Source: Antedon mediterranea (Eukaryota > Animalia > Echinodermata). Taken from it: a stretch of 64,000 bases of DNA. Of this stretch, positions 25,793-38,365 are shown piece after piece (within the stretch, counting starts at the first letter, position 1; each line of letters starts with the position of its first letter). Location: contig NC_092672.1 in assembly GCF_964355755.1 (NCBI RefSeq), positions 21,713,237 through 21,777,236 of the forward strand, in the 5' to 3' direction. The notes beneath the pieces are model-generated. The model ran no database searches, had not been told where the DNA came from, and saw only the letters and a list, made by a program, of their open reading frames with translations. Position numbers and translations under genes: made by a program.

Positions 25793-28235
25793 TAACTAAA
25801 ATACAAATAAATTTTGATTTTTATATACATTACTTTTTACTACCTTTTATGTATAAAACATACAGTGCTAGTTAAAGGGGATTCTGGGTTTAAAATTGCT
25901 TTTAAATATCGTTTATTTATTAAATAACAAATATTATAACAATAGACATTTCAGAATGAAGAAGTAATAATGAGAAATTAAAAAAATTAATTTCATATAC
26001 ATTTTAGTTTAAAAAATTCATGCAAATTCTGTTTTTCAGCAGCTTAGGGAAGCTCATTAATATTCATGAGATATTCACAAAATCACGTCATCAGTGAATT
26101 CTAAACTCGCGACGTCATGTACGTTGTGTTTGTTCACTAATTTACATCTCTCTCCCTTGTCAAACGACGACCATCCGATCATTGTTAAATACATTTTTTG
26201 TAGATTTTCTAAGCTAGGCCTATTGTGTAATAACAGTATCATACAGGTATATTTATTTGACATTTAATGAAATACAAAATTTAGTACAGATCATGGAGTC
26301 ATAAATTATACTATTTTTATACCTCTATAGTACAGATCGTATTCGGCTTCACGTACTAGCCTAAATCATTTTTTTTATGGGTGAGAGCCATTCTGACTAG
26401 GGATTCCATGCCACAATGGATGGCTACGTTAAAACATGGGGCCCATGGGCCTAGCTAGCCTACTAAACGATTGGCCCATAAATAACAAAACTCAGTGGAT
26501 TCTAAACCCATCCTATCAACCAAACTCAATAATAAACAATATAACCTAAAACGTTCTACAAAATCGGCTGTAAATATTGAGGCAAAACAAGGTCCGATTG
26601 CCGTCCGCACGTATGGTGTCCCGATCGTCTAGTAGGCCTAAAATAGTTTACTCTCCTAAAAAGCGGATATTGCATCAAGCAAGTAGACCTAGTAGGAAGG
26701 AGACCTAGCCGATCCGGCCCAGTTAAAAATTGAGCTAGCTAGTGTAGTAGACCCTATGCGAATTGATACTACCAGTCCTTTTACTAGGCTACACTTGTTA
26801 AAATTAGCAATACTTATGTTTACAAATATTCCAACTCTCTCATTCGAGCTATATTATCTATACCATTCCGGTAGGTCGAATCGACCTTCAATCAAATACT
26901 GTACATCGTTCATGTTGTGATTATAGACGGGGTATACTCGACCCGACCAGTTTGGTATTGTATACTGTATCTGCTTATCACGTGACGATGCCAGGAATGG
27001 GCAGAGAGCACGTTTATCGTCTCGCTCAGAAGGAATGTACAGACGTTACGCTTCATTGATTTTTAAGGGTTTTTCCCTATTGTCAGTGCGAAAATCGGCA
27101 AACGTAAACTGAATCTCCAAATGATTTTACACAATTGTGATGAGTTTTCATAGAAAATTGACATTATAAAAATGGGAAGACCGACTAAAATTACATCAGA
27201 TAAGCATAATTTTACAAAAGTAATTGATATGGTTAATGATAACGAGTCGTCGGAAGATCGACCATTTCACAAATTTTCCTATTCTGTAACAGTGTCATAT
27301 CGCCGTAGCTTCACTTCACAGCCTTCATTCTGCTTCACCGCTCACTTTATAATAAGTGAAACTTTTACCGTTCAAGAGACAAACAATTATATTTTATTTT
27401 TTACTATTAATTTTAAACCCGGAACCCCGCTTTAAAAGTAAATAATAGTCAACCAGAAATAAAACTTGGTTTACTAAAGCTTTGGTTGCCAACGCAATGT
27501 AGGCGCTACGCAAGTGAGTAGTTGACCAATAACAAGCAACAGTTCCGATAATCCATCACATTGTGATTGGTCAATTTGCTTGATTTAATTTACAAAAAAA
27601 ATTGGATAGACTACAGACAAATGGACAGACTAAATGTTGGGACAAACAAACTTATTACATGCAATTATTACTCAGTAATCACCTCTGTAGTCCCATGGGT
27701 TTTCTTTTAAATAGTTATTGATTACACTGCCTTAAAATATTCTTTAAATAATAATTGTGTAAACGAATTTGACCAGGACCTTTACCATGCCAATCCATAT
27801 CAATACTTTGAGTTACAATTGTAGAAATATATATATTGATATTCATTTGTAGCTATACACTTATAGGCTTCATTATCTTAAGATTATTAGAGTATGCGTA
27901 ACAGCAGTTGATCATACGCACTGTTTATATTTTGTGTGGTGAAACGAGTACAGGGGTAGGCCTATAGCTACAGCAGTATGATCGTAATCACTGTTTATAT
28001 TTTATGTGGTGTAGTAGGTACAGGGGTAGTCCTATGCTACAGCAGTATGATCATAATCACTATAGGGCTGGAAGTCATTCAAATATATAGGGTTGTAATT
28101 GTATTAAAATACTGTGGAGTAGCGAATAGGACAAAACATCTGACCAATTACTCAACTCCCTGACGCAAAGCTACTCCACAGTAGTTTAATACAATTACGA
28201 TGCGTACTTGCGCTCGAATCTAACCACTAGCCATC

Positions 28236-28314
28236 AGCGCAAGTGGTCAGAGGTATGAACGGCAGGCTAGTGATCTGGAGGTCGTGGGTTCGTCTCCCAC
28301 CCAAGAACTTTTTT
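28236..28314 (+). other. tRNA-derived SINE head or tRNA pseudogene
   Basis: A-box-like AGTGGTCAGAGG, B-box-like GGTTCGTCTCC, then a T6 run. I could not build a clean cloverleaf. Confidence 0.5.
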
Positions 28315-28809
28315 CGCAAGTATTCTCAAATGTACTTAGTATGAAGTACAAATGACGTCAGAGTAGGGCAAAACATCTGAACAATCATTCAAATATACCA
28401 AACTCTATATTGTGTGGTGTCTGGTACAGGGGTATGGCTACATCAGTATGGTCATACTCGCTTAGTGCTTAGTATGTGACCTGATTTTAGTGAAGGTGAC
28501 AAAGTCACATTCCTCAAATATGTATCATGTTCAAAGAGACTTTAATACCATATAACCATAACATCTTTATTATTTTGTCTGTTTTTGTTATTGCATGCAT
28601 CCATACATATGGGGAATAGAAAGTGACCGCAATTAGGATTGTACTGTGAAGTTTTAAACTATAATTGTAACAGGTATTCTGTACTTACTAGTATAAGATA
28701 TGTTTTTATTCAACTGTGATATTTTATGTAAAGGTTGTCATTTTGTTTTTTGTTTTATTAACAAAAATGTGCATTTATCTAACATATTTATTTTTAAAAT
28801 GTTAAATAG

Positions 28810-28908
28810 AATGGCGAAACAGCATTGCATTGGGGTGCAGCAAATGGTCATGTTGATGTCTGCCAAATGTTGGTAGACATGGGAGCAGCAGTGGACCAAC
28901 AAAATAAT
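28810..28908 (+). CDS. Host ankyrin-repeat exon (NGETALHWGAANGHVDVCQMLVDMGAAVDQQNN) with non-canonical donor
   Basis: 99 bp, AG acceptor, open ankyrin repeat. The donor reads TTAAGT instead of GTAAGT. Confidence 0.8.
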
Positions 28909-29649
28909 TTAAGTCATAAATTAATGTTTGTATTGAGAACCATTCAGGATCAGAATCCTAAATTTTATTCTTCATTTTAGTTTAAAATTCTTGTTCCTCA
29001 AACAGAAGCACAAAATGTAACCTAAGAATGGAATTATTTTATTATGGTATAGAGGCTACTTGTTAATACCTTCATATTTTTTTCTTATTTGAAATTTTTA
29101 TTAAATTGTCTAATTATTCTACATCTTGAATTTAACATATTTATACCATCAAGATAGTGCAGACAAGTCAACATTAACAACAACAAAATAAACAAGTTTA
29201 AAATGCTATTTTTTGGGCTATTAAAAAGCTGCAGTTAATCTAGCAATCATTTGGTGGATTACTGTAATTTAGTTATTAATTCTCTATTAAATAAATGTCA
29301 GGAAAACTATAGCGCTTAGATTGCTTAGTGCTTGAAGTTGCTTGTTGGTATGACAACTACAACTAATGCAGATCCTGCATTGTATCTGTCTCAGAATATC
29401 CTTGTTTAATCAATCTTTTTAAAACTTTTTTAATCATTACATTAGTAATGCTAATTTTAATACACGATTATAATATTATTGAATGCATTTCATGCATTTC
29501 TCATTTGTTTCATGCTGCACAATTTTGATGTGTCAGGCACGTTTTTGATGGTAATGGTATCTTGGACCTTGTGTGAATGGATAAAAGAGTAGTAAAAGTG
29601 GGACTTCAGCCCAAAGTTAACCTTGATGTATTTCCTGATTACGTAATAT

Positions 29650-29830
29650 CCGCCAGGTGTTTCTAATGAAGGTCGTTTCCGCCAGGTGTTTCTAATGAAG
29701 GTCGTTTCCGGCAGGTGTTTCTAATGAAGGTCGTTCATTTCCTGTTATTGTATTAGTTATGTAACTTCCTGCAGGTGTTTCTAATGAAGGTCGTTCTTTT
29801 CCTGGTTTCGTACTAGTTATGTAATTTCCG
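29650..29830 (+). repeat. Subterminal tandem repeats (29-bp x3 running into 60-bp x2); mirrored at ~43980-44160
   Basis: CCGCCAGGTGTTTCTAATGAAGGTCGTTT units directly visible. Confidence 0.92.
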
Positions 29831-30541
29831 CATAATAGTCCAATTTGACCAAAAATGATTTACATGAAAAAACTATACTTTAAACAAAAAATCAAATTGA
29901 TTGCAAGCTGCTGGAATTGGGGTTTTGGTTGAATGCCATTACAGTTTGTTTTTTTTTGCGGAGAGGTTATCCTGCAGGTCTAGTCAGTCGTGGTTATAAC
30001 AATGGTTAACAATGGGGATAGTATAAGACAATAGAGTATATCATTTCACTAGAATTGTTATATAGATTTGTTATATATTAATATACATTATAATATAAAA
30101 TTAATAAATATTAAATAAAAATGATATGGTAATTTAGTTGCTTGTGATGAGAACAAAATGGTTTACAATGGTTGAAGTCAATAGGTGTTATGTTTCGGAT
30201 TATAATACAATGGTTAACATAGGGTAAGGAAGTGAGACAATATAGTTTTTGTAAGATTTGAATTAGTCATAGAGTCAATAAAGATGCACCTGGTTAATTC
30301 AAACTAGTTAATTGAGGTTTTTGCTTGATGTATGCCGACATAATCCAAAGACATAAGTTATTTGATCCGGATATTATAACAATGACTAAAACAAAAAGAT
30401 AAGAATGAATGAAGTTAAATAATAAGTATGTCTTGATTGAACTATACCGACAGGTAATTAACCATCTTCCGGATTTGTTAACAAAGGGGGATAAATCGAA
30501 AGCAGTGACACGGGGTGTTTGACATACTAAAGTTTAATGTG

Positions 30542-30755
30542 TGACGTCATGATGTTAGTTTCACTATTTTTGATGATTTTTGTTTTCCAATGTTTAGTTT
30601 TATTGTCATTTAAATTGGTTACGTTTACAAAAAGATTTCTTTGTTTCCTTTTAAAATAAAACAAAAAGTGGGTAAAGAGGGACGCTACTGACACCATGCA
30701 TAAATTTTTTTAGTGTGTATAAATATATGGGTAAATTTATAGTGAACTCATCAGT
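30542..30755 (+). promoter_or_regulatory. Putative Pol II promoter of pPolB (mirror ~43024-43237)
   Basis: TGACGTCA (CRE) at 30542, TATAAATA at 30718, TCAGT initiator-like motif at 30751, ATG at 30817. Confidence 0.55.
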
Positions 30756-30816
30756 ACCAGCTTACAACGCACTAAACTCACTTCCACATTCTTGATTAAG
30801 AGAATTTTATTTTACA

Positions 30817-33800
30817 ATGGCTCATTACGAATCATCATCATCATCTTCCGATTCTAACGATAGCTTGTTTATCGAATGCCAGAGAGCAGTAGAAGCTATC
30901 GTTAGTTTATCGCGAAACAATATCGAAAATATCGATACCGACGAGGTTATCCCCGATGTTGGACTACTAGAAGATTTCGTATAATGACCAGGATCTTGAT
31001 TTAGATGTTAGCCAGAGTGTTTCTGAAGCCGATAGCCTCTCACTTTCGGATATTTGTAATAACGCTATTGAGATAGTGCAGGAGCTATCGGCTAATTTGC
31101 GTATTGATGACATAGAAGTAGGTGTTTGTTTTATTTTATTTTTTACGTAATATTTATTTTACCGTGTATAATTCTAAAAAAGTAGATTGTAATTGGGGGC
31201 ATTTACAAAGTGTTTCTGCGTTTTCGGTTTATATACGTTTTCCTTTCTAATTTATCTAATTATTTTTATTTCTGTATAGTACGGTGTTGGTGCTCACACC
31301 AAATGTTTGAGTTTGAGAGGAAATGTCGAGATTAATGATTCAGCGGAGTCTTCGATTATTGAGGTAACTATCGTTTTATTTTCTTTACTACTGTTGTTGT
31401 TGTTGTTGTTGTTGTTGTCGTACAACGTCTTTTATTTCTTTTTCTTTACTGTTTTTCTCTTTTTGTTTTCAGCCTGTACCCATACAGTACGGAAGGGGCG
31501 TTAATAGAAAGAGGCTCAGAATCGAAGACGGGGAAGAAGAAGAAGAAGAAGAATTTGCCGACATTGATACTGTTGAAGACGAGGACCTTAACCTTGATGA
31601 GGTAGAGTTGAATCACTTCTGTAGAATCGTTCAAGTAGCTGATAGGTATAATCAACGTTTTAACGCGACTATTAGCGATTTTTTAGTAAATTTTTTAATA
31701 TTGATCATATAAGTTTAGAGGTGTTTCTGCCCACACTGTATCGAATTTTCGAGCATGTCGTCGATAATCTCTGCGTTAACGTGCATGTCGACGACATGAT
31801 TCGAATAGTCATACAGGCTGAGGGGTTAGATTCACCTATCTCTATCCCTTTTGGACGGAGGGGCCATCTTACGGCTGACGTTATTTTTGCAGCCATTATG
31901 AAGGTCCTTCAGTCCAAAACGGATATTTTTATTAATAACAAATTTAAATTTAACGTTCTTCACATGAGAATGCCTAGGGGTGGGGGCTATAGAAGAAACG
32001 GTATCGACATATTGTTAAATGCTAAATGTATAATTAAGATTAAGAATGATGATAACGAAACTATCTGCTGCGCACGCGCTATTGTTACGGGTATTTCTAT
32101 GCTCGAAGACAAAATTAACAACGTGGCTAGATGGAATAACGTTAGGCAAGGTAGGGGTCAGCAAAAAATAGCCGCCCTTCATTTACTTAGAGATTCGGTG
32201 GTTAGGGAGCAGACATGCGGCATCGAGGAAATAAAAAAGATGCAATCAAAATTACCAAATTACCAAATTATTGTCATTTCAAAAGACAATTTAAATTCTG
32301 TCATTTTTAGCGGCGATTATAGAAAGAAGCAGATATATCTTTATCATCATTCTAATCATTACGATCTCATAACCACAATGACAGGTTTTCTAAAATTTGA
32401 CTATTTCTGCGATAGATGTCATAAGGGGTATAATCACAAATACCAACACAATTGTCAATTTACGTGCGTGCTGTGTAAGCACAATGACTGCCCCTCTTCT
32501 AATTCTTTTGAAAATAGAGAGAGTAGAATAGAATGTAGAGAATGTAATAGATTTTTTAAGGATAAGCAATGTTTCACCAATCATAAAAAATCTCCTGATT
32601 CTAAAGTTTCAGTATGTGGCAAAATTAAAAATTGTTCAATTTGTAATAGGATCGTTCAAAAAGATCACAATTGTCAAAACCGCTTTTGTAGAATTTGTAG
32701 GACTTTCGTTTCATACGATCATCAATGCTACATGGAACCGGTTGTAGCCCCTAAGCATACTGAAAGAAAGTTTAAGAATCAGGAGGCCCGTAACAGAGCT
32801 GTCACCAAATATTTCTTTTTTGATTTCGAATGCACGCAAGATACAGGCGAACACAAACCAAATTTATGCGTTCTTCAAAAAACTTGTCTTAATTGTATCG
32901 ACGGTGCTAATGATTCTGCCGATTGTGACGTGTGTGGGGATAAAACAGTGGTTTTTCACGGGGGTCTGCATGCGAAGATTTCTGCAATTACGTATTCAAG
33001 ATTACAAATTTAACGAAAATATTACGTGTATCGCTCACAACTTCCAGGGTTATGATAGTTACTTCGTGCTCAACTACCTGTACGAAAACTCCATTGTACC
33101 GGATGTAATTGCTCGCGGTGGTAAACTTATTTCGATTAGGACTAAAGAAACGAGCATTCGATTCATCGATTCCCTTTCATTTCTACCCATGCCTCTATCC
33201 AAATTGCCCAAAACTTTTGGCATCTCCGAACTTAAAAAGGGTTACTTTCCTCATTATTTTAATTCTTTAGAAAACCAAAATTACGTAGGTCCTTACCCCG
33301 ATTCTTCAAATTATTCCCCCGATAAAATGACTACTTCAGGTCGAGAATCTTTCTTTAAATGGTACAACCAGAAAATTGAAAGTAATCAAGTATTAATTGA
33401 TCTTAAAAAAGAACTCGTCGAGTATTGTATCAGCGATGTAGATATTCTCAGAAAGTGTTGTCTTACTTTTAGACATCTTTTTTTGAAAGTAACTATATCG
33501 CCGAAAAACCCTCTACTCGGCGGTGTTGACCCCTTTTCAAATAATTTAATGACAATTGCCTCAGCGTGTAACCACGTATTTTCTAGAAATTTTTTAAAAC
33601 CGTCCACCATCGCTCTATTTCCACCATCAGGGTATCTAACAACCGTTAACCATTCTCACTCTAGCATGGAATGGCTGTGCTACGAGTCGCATAAAAAGGG
33701 GGTCTTTATCCATCATGCTAGAAATGGAGGGGAAAAATTGTTTGGGCCTTACTTCGTCGACGGCTCATGTTTAGAAAGCAAAATAATTTTCGAATTTATG

Positions 33801-35408
33801 GGTTGTTTTTTCCACGGGTGCCAAGATTGTTATAGACCCGATTCCATTAATCCCTTCAATAACGAGACCATGTTGGAATGCTTTGTCAAGACAAGCAAGA
33901 AATCACGGTTTCTGAAGGAACAATTTCCGGATTTCGAATACGTCGAAATTTGGGGGCACGAATGGAAACGGATCAAAAAATCGTTGGCCCCAAACATTAA
34001 ATCTATCGTCTCCAAAGTTCCTTTAATTAGGCAAACTTTGAATCCAAGAGACGCGTTTTTCGGTGGGAGGACTAATGCCAGTTGTTTGTTCTATAAGGTA
34101 AAACCGGGTGAAGAAATTAATTACATAGATTATACTTCCTTGTACCCTTATGTAAATAAATACGGTACCTACCCCGTAGGGCATCCTGCAATCAATGATC
34201 GCAACGACATGTCCACGGATATCAACGATTATTTCGGCTTGATAAAGTGTACAATCGAAGCGCCTAAAAAATTATTCCATCCGGTCTTACCTTATAGATC
34301 AAACGGTAAATTAATGTTTGCTCTCTGTAGAACATGCGCCGATTCCCAACAACAAACCGCTTGCAATCATTCCGGTACAGATAGAGAATTTACGGGTTCT
34401 TGGGCAACGATCGAAGTTGCTAAAGCCGTGGAAGTTGGGTACGAGATACGTAAAGTTCACGTAGTATGGCACTTTAAAAATAAAAGCGCGTACTCTGCAG
34501 ATTCTCCCTCGTCCGGCCTATTTGCCTCTTACATTAACACCTTTTTAAAATTGAAACAAGAAGCTTCGGGTTGGCCTGAATGGTGTAAAACGCCCGAAGA
34601 TAAACAAAAATACATTTCGGACTATCGAACCGTAGAAGGTATCGACTTGAATCATGACGACATTGCGTACAATCCTGGGCTTCGATCTCTGGCCAAATTA
34701 ATGCTAAATAGTTTTTGGGGTAAATTTGGCCAGCGTGAAAATCTCACGAAAATTAAATATACGCAAGATCCTAACGAGGTTTACGATATTTTATCGAACC
34801 CTGGGATAACCGTTCATGACATAAATTTTGTTAATGATGATTTGGCGGAGGTAAAATACGAGGACGAGGAACAATTTGTAGAAGTTAACCGAAAGGTTAA
34901 CGTTGTCATTGCCGCATTTACCACAGCGTTAGCGCGTTTAAAATTGTACGAGCTGTTGGAACAATTACAGGAGCGCGTCCTGTATTATGATACCGACAGC
35001 GTAATCTTCGTATCAAAACCCGGGGATTGGGACCCTCCCCTGGGCGACTATTTGGGTCAGTTAACGACCGAGGTCGATCCTAAAGATGGTAAATTCATCG
35101 AGTCCTTCGTTTCTGGGGGGCCTAAGAACTACGCCTATAAATTGGATACGGGGAAGACCGTTTGTAAAGTTAAGGGTTTTACCCTTAACTTTACAAACGC
35201 TCAGAAAATTAATTTTGACACCGTCTCCAATATGGTAAGGGGTGTTGGCCCCGATACAATTAAGACGGTTGAGAAGAATCGCATAACGCGCAAGCCAAAA
35301 ACACGAAAGATAGTCAACGAAACATCGACTAAAGACTATCGAATCGTGTACGACAAAAGAATTATTATCGAAAATTATCGCACAGTTCCTTACGGGTATG
35401 TTTGGTGA
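30817..35408 (+). pseudogene. pPolB: Protein-primed DNA polymerase B, left-arm copy with 3 frameshifts (exons 30817-31117, 31280-31363, 31473-35408)
   Basis: Mirror of the right-arm gene. 2-bp deletion near 30982, 1-bp loss in the T-run near 31691, 1-bp loss in the G-run near 32960. Confidence 0.9.
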
Positions 35409-35644
35409 ATCACGGCCATAAATTTCTTTTTAAAAATGTAAACATACTTTGTTATAGATAATTATTTGTTACTCTTTATACATTCTTTACCGTACTCTCC
35501 CTCTTTTTATAGTTTGAACAAAATATATTTGTAGTTTTAATGTAAATATTTTTATATCTGTTTTAATATAAATAATTTTTATACCCGTTTTTTAAAGTCG
35601 AATTTTTGCTGGTTAAGTAAATATATTTTTAAATATTTTTCCGC

Positions 35645-36140
35645 TTGATTTTCTTATGTCGATACCGTTTCTCTTTTTGTAGATTAAGTACATATATTTC
35701 GTAATTTTAATTTAAATATTTTACCACTTGAATTCTTATGTCGATACCGTTTCTCCTTTTTGTAGATTAAGTAAATATATTTTTCCACTTGAATTTCTTA
35801 TGTCGATACCGTTTCTCTTTTTGTAGATTAAGTAAATATTGTTATAACTGTTTTAATGTTAATAAATTTTATACTTATAATATCTATTTTTTTAGATTAA
35901 GCAATATTTTTGTAATTTTAATTTAAATATTTTACCACTTGAATTCTTATGTCGATACCGTTTCTCTTTTTTTTTTGTAGATTAAGTAAATGTTGTTATA
36001 ACTGTTTTAATGTTAATAAATTTTATACTTATAAAGTCGATTTTTGTAGATTAAACAATATTTTTGTATTTTCAATTTAAATATTTTTCGACTTGAATTC
36101 TTATGTCGATACCGTTTCTCATTTTGCGGATTAAGCAAAT
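35645..36140 (+). repeat. Degenerate repeat array, 5 copies of CTTGAATTCTTATGTCGATACCGTTTCTC...AGATTAAG (mirror ~37638-38132)
   Basis: Conserved core at about 35655, 35737, 35799, 35948 and 36102, with AT-rich, mutually related linkers. Confidence 0.9.
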
Positions 36141-36636
36141 ACATTTTTGTAAAGTTATTTTTGTTTTATACGAAATTTGAAATAAATTTAATCACTGTAC
36201 TTGTTTTATAATATATATACTTGTCTGTTTCTTAATGTCGTCGTTGGATACGATAAATTAAAAAATTACAGTCACCATTACGTACGTCTTTTGTTGTTGT
36301 TGTTTGTTACCGTCATCGTTTATAGATTTATTCTTTATAAGTATGTCGATTAATTTCAGAATCAAAAACTTGTTACATAAGAAAAAAAAAAAATGGTCAT
36401 GAAATTCGTTAAATAAAAAATAATTTATCAAGAATCTTTTTACATAAATTTTATTTTATCATTAAATTTGTTACATAAAAATAATTTGTCAAGAATCTTT
36501 TTGCATAAAATTTATTTTGTCATTAAGTTTGTTACATAAAAAAAAAAAAAAATAATTGTTTCATGAATCTTGTTACATTTTTTAAATTTTTGTTTTCAAC
36601 TACTTATATGAAAATTCAAGTTAAGAACGCAGTATA

Positions 36637-36800
36637 ATGACAATGACTGAGCGTTTAGTAACACCTTTCACCGCGGTGATTAGCGGACAGACTTCCTCCG
36701 GTAACTCGGTATTTGTTAACAATCTTTTAGAAAATAATTACTTTAAAAAAATAAAACAAGTCGTTTGATGATATGACATAGTGTTATGGCGAATATCAAA
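36637..36800 (+). pseudogene. 5' stub of the Polinton DNA-packaging ATPase, left arm
   Basis: MTMTERLVTPFTAVISGQTSSGNSVFVNNLLENN...KQVV** and then, frameshifted, CYGEYQ. Matches the Polinton ATPase N-terminus as I recall it (PFT..isGptgsGKt.fv..ll...wCYGewQ); the Walker A Lys is Asn. Confidence 0.75.
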
Positions 36801-36979
36801 CTTAGTTAGAGAAGTAAATACTGTTTGTGTTTACATGCGTGTCATAGTAGAGTTTGTAATTACGTTTTTTACACAACTAACGACAACATAATAATACATT
36901 TCTATATTGAAAAAACGTAATTACAAACTCTACTATGACACGCATGTAAACACAAACAGTATTTACTTCTCTAACTAAG

Positions 36980-37143
36980 TTTGATATTCGCCATAACACT
37001 ATGTCATATCATCAAACGACTTGTTTTATTTTTTTAAAGTAATTATTTTCTAAAAGATTGTTAACAAATACCGAGTTACAGGAGGAAGTCTGTCCGCTAA
37101 TCACCGCGGTGAAAGGTGTTACTAAACGCTCAGTCATTGTCAT
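36980..37143 (-). pseudogene. 5' stub of the Polinton DNA-packaging ATPase, right arm
   Basis: Mirror of 36637-36800 with the same inactivating lesions. Confidence 0.75.
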
Positions 37144-38365
37144 TATACTGCGTTCTTAACTTGAATTTTCATATAAGTAGTTGAAAACAAAAATTTAAAA
37201 AATGTAACAAGATTCATGAAACAATTTTTTTTTTTTATGTAACAAACTTAATGACAAAATAAATTTTATGCAAAAAGATTCTTGACAAATTATTTTTATG
37301 TAACAAATTTAATGATAAAATAAAATTTATGTAAAAAGATTCTTGATAAATTATTTTTTATTTAACGAATTTCATGACCATTTTTTTTTTTCTTATGTAA
37401 CAAGTTTTTGATTCTGAAATTAATCGACATACTTATAAAGAATAAATCTATAAACGATGACGGTAACAAACAACAACAACAAAAGACGTACGTAATGGTG
37501 ACTGTAATTTTTTATTTTATCGTATCCAACGACGACATTAAGAAACAGACAAGTATATATATTATAAAACAAGTACAGTGATTAAATTTATTTCAAATTT
37601 CGTATAAAACAAAAATAACTTTATAAAAATGTATTTGCTTAATCCGCAAAATGAGAAACGATATCGACATAAGAATTCAAGTCGAAAAATATTTAAATTG
37701 AAAATACAAAAATATTGTTTAATCTACAAAAATCGACTTTATAAGTATAAAATTTATTAACATTAAAACAGTTATAACAACATTTACTTAATCTACAAAA
37801 AAAAAAAGAGAAACGGTATCGACATAAGAATTCAATTGGTAAAATATTTAAATTAAAATTACAAAAATATTGCTTAATCTAAAAAAATAGATATTATAAG
37901 TATAAAATGTATTAACATTAAAACAGTTATAACAATATTTACTTAATCTACAAAAAGAGAAACGGTATCGACATAAGAAATTCAAGTGGAAAAATATATT
38001 TACTTAATCTACAAAAAGGAGAAACGGTATCGACATAAGAATTCAAGTGGTAAAATATTTAAATTAAAATTACGAAATATATGTACTTAATCTACAAAAA
38101 GAGAAACGGTATCGACATAAGAAAATCAAGCGGAAAAATATTTAACAATATATTTACTTAACCCGCAAAAATTCGACTTTAAAAAACGGGTATAAAAATT
38201 ATTTATATTAAAACAGATATAAAAATATTTACATTAAAACTACAAATATATTTTGTTCAAACTATAAAAAGAGAGAGAGTACGGTAAAGAATGTATAAAG
38301 AGTAACAAATAATTATCTATAACAAAGTATGTTTACATTTTTAAAAAGAAATTTATGGCCGTGAT

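Noticed and set aside
31307-31504. Small membrane-protein ORF with poly-Leu (mirror 42270-42470)
   Set aside because: It is pPolB exon 2 reading into intron 2; the Leu run is a (TTG)n microsatellite.
35645-36140. CRISPR-like array
   Set aside because: Linkers vary widely in length and are related to each other, there are no cas genes, and the context is eukaryotic.
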